Shown: positions 12,250-23,707 of the stretch, in pieces | Numbering within the stretch: the first letter of the stretch is position 1 | How the letters are laid out: each line of letters opens with the position of its first letter | From: Moniliella sp. 'wahieum' | Lineage: Eukaryota | Direction: 5' to 3' | Assembly: GCA_003971905.1 (NCBI GenBank) | Contig: RSEE01000003.1 | Coordinates: forward strand, 186,001-250,000 | Length of the DNA: 64,000 nt | The notes under the pieces: generated by a model | Told to the model about the DNA's origin: nothing | The model's input: the letters and a program-made list of their open reading frames with translations, nothing else | Database searches by the model: none | Translations under genes and position numbers: made by a program

Positions 12250-15200
12250 ATGTCTGTTGCGTCCAACGGCCTGGCCTACGAGCCCCACGATTCAGGTCTT
12301 GCTGGGCCATCCACCCGTCTGCGTCCGCCACCCGCCGTGCCACCCACCGCGCACCCCCCCCACGAACTGCTGCCGACCTGATGCGTGTGGGCACGCGCAA
12401 CTTCGACGTGATCCGCAAGCTTGGGGACGGATCATTTGGCACTGTTTTCCTCGCCAACTGGAAGTCGCCCCTTCCCGATGACATGATCCCTAGCACCATG
12501 CACACCACCCGTGCATCTGAATTCAAGGGAAAGAGGCTCGTCGCTATCAAGCGCATGAAAAAGCCTATGCAGACTGGCAAGACTGCCTCCGTCTGCGCGA
12601 GTTGCGCGTACGTTGGTTTGCTTTCTATCCCCCCTCCGAAAACATGTATGTTCTCGGTTACTGACCATGAACCCCTCTCCACTCCCTTCCGCTCCAGTCG
12701 TTGCTTGAGATTCCTCACCACCCTCACATTGTCGCGCTATACGATGCCTTCCTCATGCCAGGGTCTTCTCAGCTGCACTTCGTCTTTGAGTCACTCGAGG
12801 GGAACTTATTTCAGCTCACCAAGGTCCGCAAGGGACGGGTCTTTGCCGGCCTCATTGCTTCTATCTTCCGCCAGACACTCGAGGGGTTAGCCCATGTCCA
12901 TGCCCACGGCTTCTTCCATCGCGACATGAAGCCTGAAAACTTGCTCCTGACCACTCTCGGCCTCGTGGATTACCCCGACCCAACCAGAGAAAGTTGGAGA
13001 AGGATGTGGCAGTGGTAGTTAAGATTGCCGACTTTGGTTTGGCTCGCGAACTGGCATCACGTCCGCCATACTCAACCTACGTCTCTACTCGCTGGTATCG
13101 GGCCCCTGAAATGTTACTGCGTGCCACCAACTACTCAGCGCCGGTCGATGTGTGGGCACTGGGTGCCATCATGACCGAGGTGGTCAATCTCGAGCCTCTC
13201 TTTCCTGGAGCCAGCGAGGCGGATCAACTGCTTCTCATATCTCAGACGCTGGGTTCCCCCTCTAACGAGTGGGGGTTGGACGCGAAGACGGGCAAGCCTG
13301 TAGGTGGAGGTCCCTGGCTCGACGCGGAGCGGCTTATGGCGAGAGACGGTATGGCTTGGCCTCGCACGCCCCCCGTCCAGTTCTCCACCTTGTTTGGCAC
13401 AAAAATTCCTACCAGCCTGGTCGCACTGATCCAGGAGTTGCTTCGCTATGATCCTGCGGCTCGACCAACAGCGGCTGAATGCCTCCAGTTCCCCTATATG
13501 CTGGAGGACTCGATCAAGCTGCGTCATCTCACTTCTGCATTGATAGGTCAGCGGGCCCCAGCCTCTGCTCGTCCCCCGAAACCGCCGGATCTACCTCCAC
13601 TACTGCCTCCTCCTCTGTCTTATCTTCCACGACTACCCCGCCCGATCTTGTGTACGCAGGGTGCCCTATCATCGCTGCCTCCTCAACTCAATCTTTGCTC
13701 CCGCCAGTGGTCTCATCCGTCAAAGCCATCCGGACATTTCTCCTTTGGCCTCTGTTGAAACAGTACCTGGGGTTACCTCCGCATGTCAAACACCTCTACC
13801 CACCCAATGGAGCTGTATACGCACCCATCGCTGGCAGCGGCAGGTCCGTTAACACGAGCCAGCACCCCAAGTCTCCCTCGCGCAAGACACCTTCAACGGC
13901 TGGTTGCCCCGTCCCTGAGCCTAGTCATGGGATGTCTCGTGCCGACCTGTATTCCGCGAGCCACGTACCACAACATTTTACCCCCACCACCTCTGACCGA
14001 AGAATTGCGAGAGGAAGGGGAGTACGGGGCGCGCAAGGCCAAGGGTCAGGGTCGTGCACGCGCCCTCCTGACTCGCCGCGACGTGGGATTGCGTACACTC
14101 GATGGGCCAGAGGCACCCCCACGCATGTTACGATCATTGGTGCCCATGATGGCGAGCTCGGGTATGCTCAAGACGGTTCGGAATCGGCTGGGCGTCAGGG
14201 TTTTACCACGACCCTCCATCTCGCACCTTCCTCTCCCCAGAAGACAATCTGGCATGGCAGATACAACCCGTGGAGGAGCTTGCAACTGGATATGACAGTC
14301 CAAGTCCAGCAGGAGACGACCATTTCACCCTTGGCACCTCCTCTCCGGCTCTGTCGGCCGTCTCGGGCTCATCAGCAGGAACAAACACCTTTGGTATGGC
14401 CGGCTCCCAGTCCCAAGGAGGAACGCATGCACAGCATGGCCTGTATGGTTAGACTATCCCGTGTATCGTCACGTACCCGGGGCTGTGAGTGTGGCGTCGG
14501 TGGAAACCACGTTGTCTGATCCCGTCCTTGCCCATGGGTCGAGCCATACACTTGGCGTCCCTATATTAGGCCTGGCTCCCCCCGAGAGGACGGAGGGCAG
14601 GCCCACGTCTCTCCCTCCGTCTCAGCCCAACGGATGCGCTCCCGTCCTTTCAGAGAGGGCACTGCCACCTCCACAGGGAGTGTCTCCAGCTTCGACCAGG
14701 GGAGTGTGTACTCGCACTATTCGCAGTTCTCCACCTTGTCCAACCAAACCGGTGCGCCATGGATGGCGCCCCGGCGTGTTCGTGGTCACGCAGCTGGCAG
14801 GTCCGGCGCTCACAGTTCTATCGACTCGGAGCTGCTCACCGATCTGAGCAACATGCTAGGCGCGAATGTATATAACTCCCCGCCCTCAATCCCCGCCCCT
14901 TGCGTAACGCATCCCGTGCCTCAAGTGGCAGCCGACGTTCCAAAGGTCGCAGCCGCTCTCAAGGCGGAGTTGCTCCCGCGGGGTCTCCCTCTCCCCGTTC
15001 GGGGTTGCCTTCTAGCCCACTAACGCACCATGGGTTACACCCTTACCGCTCCTCCTCGCGCCCCTTGTCCAACCCTTCTACGGCGGCCGCACTGCCCCCC
15101 TCTGCCTCAGCCGCTGCCTCTACCTCTGTCCCTCCTCTCCCGCACAGACTTAATCCCGCTCCAGCCACAATAGGCGGGCAAACGCAAGGCAATCCCACGT

Positions 15201-15493
15201 ATCTTCCCCCAGGCGCAAACCCACTTGCCTCCCCGGACTGCTCCCTCATCTCTGCACTCTCCTCCCCGGCTTTAGAGGGGACAGAGCACATACCTTGGAC
15301 TCCCCTTCCCCTCCGCCAGACATGGGCACGACCCGCGTCCCCGCACCGCTTCCCTTCGTCCCACCTGACTGGGATTACGCTTGGGCCTCAACCTCAACCT
15401 TCCCACCTCGCACCCCGTTCACCCGTTCCCGCACCTCTTCCCCACTTCCCCCCTACGAACGCGGGCCACCCTCCACTCTACCCGCCTTCCTGA
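12250..15493 (+). CDS. IME2: Ime2/Crk1 (MAK/RCK family) Ser/Thr kinase with long low-complexity C-terminus
   Basis: LGDGSFGTVFLA, VAIKRMKK, HGFFHRDMKPENLL, VKIADFGLARE, PPYSTYVSTRWYRAPE, PVDVWALG. Intron 12608-12697. Start and end are approximate because of indels. Confidence 0.9.
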
Positions 15494-16800
15494 GTGCTGG
15501 AGTCGTTTTCCTCGCCGTTTGCCTTGCGCTCTTCCTTCACTCCTTATTACCGATGACCCTGGTTCCCTTTGGCATTGTGGGCTTCCTAACGCCAACCAAC
15601 TCAAAGAACATGCTTCACTCGTTGAGTTGATGTGCGCATTGAGTTCGCACCCCCTCCCTCAGTCGTTTCCTGTCACGCGTCCCGCGCCATTACCCTCTAT
15701 TCCGGTGCCTCCTGCGCTCCTAGCGGCCAGATACCCTCCTCCGCCCCCTCTTTTCAGGTGGCGCTACACTCTCCGTGCGCACATTGTGCACGCGCCGGGT
15801 GTCCGTATTAATATCCTTCCCACCTGTATGATACGCCGAGCAGGACAGGACTTGTGGTGTGGCCCTTCCTGATCGGATGATCCGTCGTTGCAGGCCGGAC
15901 TAGTAGTATGCCATAGAGGCGGAAACACAACGCCTTGGTCCCGATATATATCTCCAGAGGAAGAATCATCGAAAATTAGTTGTGATGTGGAGACTGACGC
16001 AATACGCCATCAACTGCCTGTGCGCTCTGGTCTTCTACACTCAGAATGCGAGACGATGACGAGCGGCTAAACTGTCAGCGCCATCATGCATCAGCTGATC
16101 ACGCATCACGCATCGCGCTGTTCTATCCGATCTCCCTATGTTCTGCCCCTAACGGCTCCTCTTTTGGAATAGATCCATCACCTCCCTCTCTCTTCTTCTC
16201 TCCGTAGGCCTTTGTCCTCGTTTAACATAAACCTATGAGATTGTGATTGAAAGGACGAGTGGCTGTGGGTCGCACCGGTGGCAACACTTTGACCTCATGC
16301 TATGAATGTGATTCAATGGCTAAATATGTGGCTCACGGGGCCCAGTTCTCTCCTTTCGCACTTTCGATCCGTGAAGTGAAGAAGAGTGCTGCCTTGGTTA
16401 TTGGCAAGACTGCCGGAGCAGATCCTACTCACTTCGTCTTGGACTTACTGCACCATCTCCTGCAGCTTGTCGAAAAGGTACCCTAAGAGTTACTTGATTT
16501 TCCTTTCACTCAAGCGGAGCAAATGAGTAGGGAAGTGGACTGCTCTTGTTCCCAACTCTAGCCTCTGTCCCGTAAGTTGGAGAGGCAACTACATCACAAA
16601 CGAATACATAGAAGCATTTTTGAGGGGCATGAATGAGCATTTTTGAAGGAGATAAAGCATGGGGCCTTGCTCTGTTGTCGACAACCAAGCGACGAGGAGA
16701 CGGACGCGCACATGTGGAAAGGATACGCGAGCGTAGTCCCATCAACAAGACAAAATGATAACCCGACCATGCTGCGCCGAGGGAAGGAAGGTAGATTCGT

Positions 16801-17403
16801 TTACCGGTAGCGGCGGAGGGAGAGCGTGTCGCGCTTCTTGATGGTGGCGTTCTTGCCACCGTGCTGGGTCTTGTTGAAGCGGTGACCCTTGCCCAGGCCG
16901 CGGCTCTTCTTGCCCGTGGCAGTGAGGCCACGCGACTCGCGGTGCTTCTGGCCCACAATCCAGTTGATGCGCGCATCACGGCGAATGGCCTTGTGGGAGG
17001 GGTCAACAGCAATCACCTCGTAGTACTTGTAGATGCCGTCCTGGTTGATCCAGTACGAGTTGAGGATGCGCAAGTTGCCGCACTTCTTACCCACGCGCTC
17101 CTCGGCGGTAGAGCGAAGAGTGCGCTGGTACTTGAGGTGGTTGACACCTTGGTGCACAGGCTTACCGTAGGTAATACCCTTGCTGACGGGCTTTTTGCGG
17201 TTGCCGCGGCGCACACGCACACGGTAGATCACGTAGCCCTGCTTGGCCTTGTAGCCCAGGCGGCGGGCCTTGTCGGGGCGCGACGGGCGCGAGGCGCGGT
17301 GGATGGCGTTGAGCTGTCGATACCCACGCCAGCACGGAAGAGCAGACGGCACGTCCGACTGCTTGTTGTTGTACAGCGTCTGGAGATACGTGTAGGCACC
17401 CAT
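16801..17403 (-). CDS. RPL15: 60S ribosomal protein L15 (eL15), intronless
   Basis: MGAYTYLQ...[36 protein letters not shown]...[17 protein letters not shown]...LSLRRYR; short garbled stretch near the N-terminus from compensating indels. Confidence 0.98.
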   Translation of the reverse strand: MGAYTYLQTLYNNKQSDVPSALPCWRGYRQLNAIHRASRPSRPDKARRLGYKAKQGYVIYRVRVRRGNRKKPVSKGITYGKPVHQGVNHLKYQRTLRSTAEERVGKKCGNLRILNSYWINQDGIYKYYEVIAVDPSHKAIRRDARINWIVGQKHRESRGLTATGKKSRGLGKGHRFNKTQHGGKNATIKKRDTLSLRRYR

Positions 17404-17705
17404 CGTGGCCTTCTTGTTCTTGCGTTTGGTCCGACAAGGAGTTCCACCAAGCCCAGGGCGGCGCTGACAGGCGAGGACAAAGCGGCGGCCTGGAGCAACC
17501 TACTCCCGCGCCCAATAATACGCCCGCAGCCATGCCAATTTGCCTTCGCGACACTGCTCTGGTGCTTTTCTTCTTGCACTTTTTTTTCTGTGGGGCCGAT
17601 TCCGACCGCAACCCTAGTCTTCCCCTCTGCTACGGCAGCTGGGCCCCCAGCTCACACAAGCCCACGCCGCCCTCGGGACACACGAGCAACCACCATCCGG
17701 CCACA

Positions 17706-18602
17706 ATGGCGTTCGTCAAGCAAGTTAAGACTTCGGCCTACTTCTCGCGGTACCAGGTCAAGTACCGTCGTCGCCGTGAGGGCAAGACCGACTTTGCTGC
17801 CCGTCGTGCTCTGGTGACCCAGGCCAAGAACAAGTACAACGCCCCCAAGTACCGTCTGGTCGTCCGTTTCTCCAACAAGTACGTGACGGTGCAGATTGTT
17901 GCGGCCAAGATCCAGGGCGACGTGGTGTTTGCCCACGCCCACTCCAAGGAGCTGCCCAAGTACGGCATCAACCACGGCTTGTCCAATTGGACTGCTGCCT
18001 ACGCTACGGGTCTCTTGGTTGCCCGCCGTGCGCTCAAGAAGCTCGGCCTCGACGAGAAGTACGAGGGTGTGGCTGAGCCAGATGGTGAGTTCACCGAGAC
18101 TGAGGCCCTGGAGGAGGAGGGAGCTCCCCGCCCGTTCAAGGTTTTCCTTGACGTTGGTCTCAAGCGCACCTCGACCGGTTCGCGCGTGTTTGCCGCGATG
18201 AAGGGTGCTTCGGATGGCGGCCCCTTTGTCCCCCACTCGCCCAAGCGTTTCCCCGGTTACGACGCTGAGGAGAAAGAGCTTGATGCCGACGTTCTCCGCA
18301 ACTACATCTTTGGCGGGCACGTGGCTGAGTTTATGGAGTCGCTCGAGGAGGAGGACGACGAGCGTTTCAAGAAGCACTTCGCTTCCTACCTCGCCGACGA
18401 CATCTCGTCGGACGACATTGAGGAGATCTACGAGAAGGCCTACGAGCAGATCCGGGAAAACCCCGACTTTGAGCCTACCAAGAAGGATGTCGAGCACTGG
18501 AAGAAGGAGTCGCTCAAGTTCAAGCAGGTCAAGCTCACGTACGCGCAGCGCAAGGAGCGCATTGCTGCCAAGAAGGCTGCCTTTGCCGCTGGCGAGCTCT
18601 GA
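17706..18602 (+). CDS. RPL5: 60S ribosomal protein L5 (uL18), intronless
   Basis: MAFVKQVKTSAYFSRYQVKYRRRREGKTD...QAKNKYNAPKYRLVVRF...LDVGLKRTSTGSRVFAAMKGASDGG...; intact ORF. Confidence 0.98.
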   Translation: MAFVKQVKTSAYFSRYQVKYRRRREGKTDFAARRALVTQAKNKYNAPKYRLVVRFSNKYVTVQIVAAKIQGDVVFAHAHSKELPKYGINHGLSNWTAAYATGLLVARRALKKLGLDEKYEGVAEPDGEFTETEALEEEGAPRPFKVFLDVGLKRTSTGSRVFAAMKGASDGGPFVPHSPKRFPGYDAEEKELDADVLRNYIFGGHVAEFMESLEEEDDERFKKHFASYLADDISSDDIEEIYEKAYEQIRENPDFEPTKKDVEHWKKESLKFKQVKLTYAQRKERIAAKKAAFAAGEL

Positions 18603-19216
18603 GCACAAGTGCCCTATTTTCCTTTCACCTTGCTCTACTGCCTCCCCCCTTCTCTGGTGTCGACTCTATTGTTGAATCGACCATCTATGCCTCTCCCTTT
18701 TTAGGGTTCAAAATAGCATACCTATGGTTTGTGCATCTCCAGACCCAATTTTGTCGAGAGAGCAATAGACTGTTAGACGTTGCCAAGCGAAGAGACGGAG
18801 GACTACCAAATAATGAGAGTAGCACTTCGGGTTGGTCCGGTGCTTCCAAAACTAGGCCGCATACGATGTGCCAGGCTCCATGACGCCGTGGCAGGGCGTG
18901 GCCCTAGTATGTCTCATCTCCCAAGCGTCTTCGATTAGTAGTTTCGTGCCTATGACACGCCGCTGTGCTATGTACACAGCTGGCAGGCGTTCGGATGGGA
19001 CCCAGGGTGGATTTCGGGACGAAGCGGTCTTTATCTTGCCACTGAGGCTGCTGACCCTATCCTCCCGCGTTGCATGAAGAGAGCGTAGTAGACGGGCAGC
19101 CACACCACTATGGAACAAGCGCTCTTCATGGTGACGCTGCTACAGCCCAACACTTCCTTGGCCCAGTCGACCAGGCGCGCTCTATGCTTATATCGAGGTG
19201 TGATTCATTCCCCCCA

Positions 19217-22200
19217 CTATTCGTCTTCGTCCTCGTCCACGATCACCGCCCGCCGCTTGCGCTCCCCGGATGCCAGTGGCGGCAGTACGCCCTCATACGC
19301 CGCTGCTGCTGCCTCGCCAGGTCGCTCCTCTAGCGACATGTGCCGCTCCCATGTGCGCTTCAGCCCCGCTATGAGCGGTCTTGCGGCTCGGATGCCTCCC
19401 CTTCCTTTTCCCCCCTCTCCTCCTCCGCTTCGTCCCCCTCCTCCTCATCCATAGCCAACAAAAGCGCCCGCAGCGCCGCCTCCTTCTCATTGCGCTCCCG
19501 CGCCTTGGCCGCCCCAGGGCTCAGTTCGGCCGTCGGCACGCGAACTCCCCGCTCGGGCGACGCGCTTGCACGGAACAGGCTCCCCCGCGGGTCCCGTTTC
19601 GGGGAAAGAGGCAGTGCCTCCTCTTCCATCTCCTCATTCTCCTCTTCGTCAGAACCAAGGAACAAGCCAGCACCGCGCCGCTTGCCCTGCGGCCCGCTCG
19701 GGGGGGAGGAGACGGATCCTCCCTCTGACGCCGGAGCGTCGAAGGGGCTCGGCCGTCTGGGTGGCGACGAGCTATCGCGCGGGGGCACAGGGCCTCAATG
19801 GCGGCAAGGTCAGCGTCCGAATCAACACTTGCATCGATTCGGTTAGACGACCCTTGGCAGCCCGCATGGCTCCCTTCTTAGCCCGAGGGCGGGGTTGGGG
19901 CGGGACTTTGCGGTGCCGCAGCCCGTTTCTCCATGGTTGTGCAGCGCCGACACAGATGCGTCGGACTGCTCGGATTGCTCCGACTGCTCGGGAGCGATCA
20001 TCGCTACACATCTTCGTCTCCTGGAAGGTAGCTTCCTGGGCGTGCGGCACGCTGCGGTTTCTTCATCAGTAACTTGCGTGCGGGCTCGTCGCCGTTGCGG
20101 AAGGGTGAGCAATAGCCCTCGAGCAAGGCGATGGTTTCCCCAACCATCTCAGTAGGACAGCAGAGGGCAAGACCCAAGTCCAAGGACGGGTCTCATCCAC
20201 TTCATCTACCTGCGCCTCGAGGCCGGCAAGATTCAACAGTAGCCATACCTCGGGCACGGTCGAGGCCCACGACTCCAGCTCGGCATCGCCGTCGTAGGGA
20301 AAAACGTAATCTGCACTCCCTCCTTCCAGATACATCTTGTTCCTGAGCTCGGTGGCCCGACGGGCTTGGGCGAGCTGTAGTCGGGCAACGAGCCAGAGAA
20401 GGACGCTGAGCATCTGCTGTTCGATCACCACGGCAGCCGCGATGGCCAACTTTTCCTTCCCAGGCCGTGCACCACGCACGATCAGTTCCCGTGGGGCCTC
20501 GGAAGCTTGGGGGGGTGCGCGTTTGCCCGTGCGGTAAGCCTCCTTGTCCTCAGGGCTAAGTTGTTGTACTTGCGCTGGATGTAGGTTACCAATTTCTTCA
20601 GGTCCCGGCTGGCTTTGGGTGCGATAGCTTCCAATTGGGCCATTTGGTCGGGGTCTGAAAACTTGGCGAACAGATCTTGTTCTTGGGCCCAAAAAAGAGA
20701 GCCGGACTGTGGCACTTGATTGCCAGACGATGAATGACATGGACCACCATTTCTAACTCATGGTCCGTGGTGAAGTCGGGCCAGCGCTCAAGGTAGAGAA
20801 TCGCAGTCGATGCAATCGGTTTGGTGGCCAGGTCTCGCTGGAAAGAGCCAAAGGTAAAGGCGTGTCTTAAACCTCGATGTGATCCGCAAGATCCTCTGCT
20901 CTCTTGCGTCTTGCTCTTGGCCCGGTCACGGGCCCGGACATACATGTACTCCTTGCCGCTGGAGAAGCGTTCCAGTAGCTTGGGCATGGTGTATGTGAAT
21001 GCCTCATTGCCGTCAACGTTGCCACACTCTGCGATTTGAACGCTCCCATGATGGTACGACATTGTTTCAGCATCTCGCGGTCGTAGAACACTTGCTCTTG
21101 TGCGACTTCTCCCACGGTGCGGTCGGCCTCGCGGGCACTCCGTGAGAGGGCATCCATCGTGCGGAAAAGCATCGTCCAGAGATTGACCACCGCATTGAAC
21201 TCGAGCCATGATTTGAATTCGAGGGTCTCTGCCGATCGAACAAACCAGTCGAAGAGCCCACGGCTTGGTCCATTCAAACACATCTGCAAAGTCCCAGGCC
21301 TCCTCGAGCGGCGCAATCCCATCTGCCGTCTTGCTCTTTTCCTTGGGAGGAGGGACAAAGAACAAGTTTGTTGCCTCTTCTTCTTGCCGGGCCCGTTCGG
21401 CCTTAGCTCCTCCTCCTCACGTTTGGACACCATGTCGGCGTACATCTCCCGGCGCGTGAGAAAGTAGTCCAAGAACCAGGTGCCCAATTGCATCGTCCTC
21501 AACCGGGCAAGATCACATTGCCGACTTTAGCATGTCCATGCGGATTGCCTTCCACATGGAACGAGTGAGAGGGGTGAAGCCTTGTTGAATGAAGCGGTCG
21601 CCCCATCGACGAACACATACCACCCCCTCCGAAGTCCAGGGGGGCTTGCTTACTACGCCTCCTGGCTCTACCACGGCCCTCCTCCTACGAGGCGGACGAC
21701 GTCGATCCCGCTTTTCCACCTCGCTCTGCAACTGCGCCACGGTCTTGCGCAGAGCGATCGGGTTGCGTGCAATCGGTGACGGCCATTCGAGTCTTGGTAC
21801 GCAATGGTGGTGCCAAATTGGGGTGGCGTGGACCCACTTGGAGATGGTGTGTGCGTTTGATCTTTTCCTCGGCAAACAGACTTTGTGCGAGCTGGTGCCG
21901 CATCTCCATCTTGCGCTCATTGGCAACTTGCTTGGCCTCGTCGGCCCCCTCCTCTTCGCCATGGAGGTCATCCCAGTCGTGCCAGACGCCGGCAACGGCA
22001 CGGACGGAGGTGCCAACATACATATGGTACACACACTCCATCGCCACGGCCGACCAAGGCTCGTAAGCCTTATCCTCGTCGGCCGTGCTACAGATCATGA
22101 GCAAAACATCCAGAAAGTTGGTTTTGGCCAGTGCAACGACCAGGTGAGACTGAGCACGGGAGCGCTCGACAGCCTCCGGACGAGTTGGCCAATGCCATGG

Positions 22201-23194
22201 GATCGCGCAATTCGAGCAAATTGCGCACCAAGTGCATGCACATAGAGATGGTGCCCGTGTGCCGATCGGTGCGGTGCATCCTCGGGGTGGTCAGAGTGGG
22301 CACAAGCAGGTCATGTACAAGCATCCGGAGGAAGTTCTTATCCTCTCCTTGCGAAGCACGAATGATCAAGGTCTTGTATTCTTGCTGCGCCTTTTCCAGT
22401 GTGGCAAGATGCAAGAGGAGATCAAGGTTCTCTCCATGCTCGTGCGCAGCACGAGCTTCTGCCTCCACGTGCACAGGCCAGGTCATGGATGTGATCAAGT
22501 CCACTGTCGAGAGTAGGCAAAGTTAGAGGGTCATCCCAGGGAGGCGGACGGAGACGTACTGGCTGCCAGCGCAATTTTGTGAGCTTCCTCACTTCGACCC
22601 ACAGTCGCAAGGACAAGTGGGATCAGGTCGTTTCCGAGGAGGTTGACCTCGGCGTACATGCGTGCGACCTTGCGGGAAGGATCGTCATCGTCGCGTCGCC
22701 AGAGCTTGCGAAGATCGCGCAGACAGCCTGTGCGGGGTCAGCAGGGCTCCGTAAGCAAGCAGTAACAAGGCTAGCAAATCGTACCAATGCAGTCGTCGCC
22801 CGGAACGTAGCTCTCGGACACCGTTCCATCCGGCATTTCCACGTCCTCGTACCCGCCCAATGCAGAGGCGAGGCCCTGGACGGGCACGCGCAGCTCGTCC
22901 ATCCCATCTTGGTCCAGCGCCTTGAGCAGCTCTGGGTCGCGGGTCGCGCTCGAGCTCCTCGTCGGATGAATCCGCGTCAAGGTCGATGGCACGCTCGTCA
23001 TCTGCCTCGGCTTCGGGCTCCTCGCCCTGGATGGTCTGCCGCCACTCGTCCATCCTCCCGCGCGGGGGCGGGGGAGGCAGGGACGCGGTAGGGAACAACC
23101 TCTCCTCGTCGCTCGAGTCGCTGATTTCAATGGCGCCCTGGCCATCGAGCTCGATGTCCAACTCGTCGCGGGAGCTGTAGTCGTTTTCGTCCAT
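19217..23194 (-). CDS. TOF1: Tof1/Swi1/Timeless replication fork protection complex subunit
   Basis: SALGGYE...YVPGDDCIG, LPTLDSG/DLITSMTWP, MRTMQLGTWFLDYF, LERFSSGKEYMYVRAR, TILYLERWPDFT, spread over frameshifted minus-strand ORFs; acidic N- and C-termini (MDENDY..., ...IVDEDEDE*). Confidence 0.85.
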
Positions 23195-23439
23195 GTTGGA
23201 GGAGAGCGGTGGGGGGGAGGTACGCCGCGCCCGACGCATCCGACGCGTAGCAGCGGGAGCAGCCGGCGCGCCAGCCGCAGCCCTGGCAGGGGGGCAGTGG
23301 CGCGACCAGGAGGACGCGTGACGTGTGACAGATGGTGCGGATCGATGAAGGACGCGCCGCGTATCGGCGACGGAAGGCGGACGCGCTTGAAACGTTCAGC
23401 GGCGTGCTGCGAGCGACGGGAGGGCCAGCAACTGGCGCA

Positions 23440-23520
23440 GGACGGCTGGCGCAATGGTAGCGCGTCTGACTACGACTGGTTGCAATCAGGAGGTTGCAGG
23501 TTCGACCCCTGCGTCGTTCG
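23440..23520 (+). tRNA. tRNA-Arg(ACG) with 9-nt intron (23476-23484)
   Basis: Cloverleaf: acceptor GGACGGC/GTCGTTC, D-arm GCGC-AATGGTA-GCGC, anticodon stem TCTGA/TCAGG with loop CT-ACG-A[ctggttgca]A, T-arm GCAGG-TTCGACC-CCTGC. Confidence 0.93.
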
Positions 23521-23536
23521 ACCCGACAGGGCGTCC

Positions 23537-23543
23537 TTTTTTT
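23537..23543 (+). terminator. RNA polymerase III oligo-T terminator of tRNA-Arg
   Basis: T7 run 16 nt downstream of the tRNA 3' end. Confidence 0.75.
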
Positions 23544-23707
23544 GGGTCGTGTGCGTTTGAAACCGACAGCATCGCTGGGTCTTCGGAGCGAACGCCGCAC
23601 AGCCATCGTTGGGTGATGATTATGATAATCACAATCGCTGGCCAGCCTCGGATCCTCCCGCGCCTTCTTCTTCCATCCTCCCCTGCCCGCCCGCCTCTGC
23701 CACCCCA

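Noticed and set aside
16120..16486. Possible small gene between IME2 and RPL15 (79-aa ORF with an upstream acceptor-like signal)
   Set aside because: No recognisable motif and no coherent exon structure; cannot be supported.
16861..18608. Long antisense ORFs (16861-17817 +, 17652-18608 -) and similar shadows over the E2, PCNA and eEF3 genes
   Set aside because: Expected by-product of high GC and strong codon bias on the real coding strand; no recognisable motifs.
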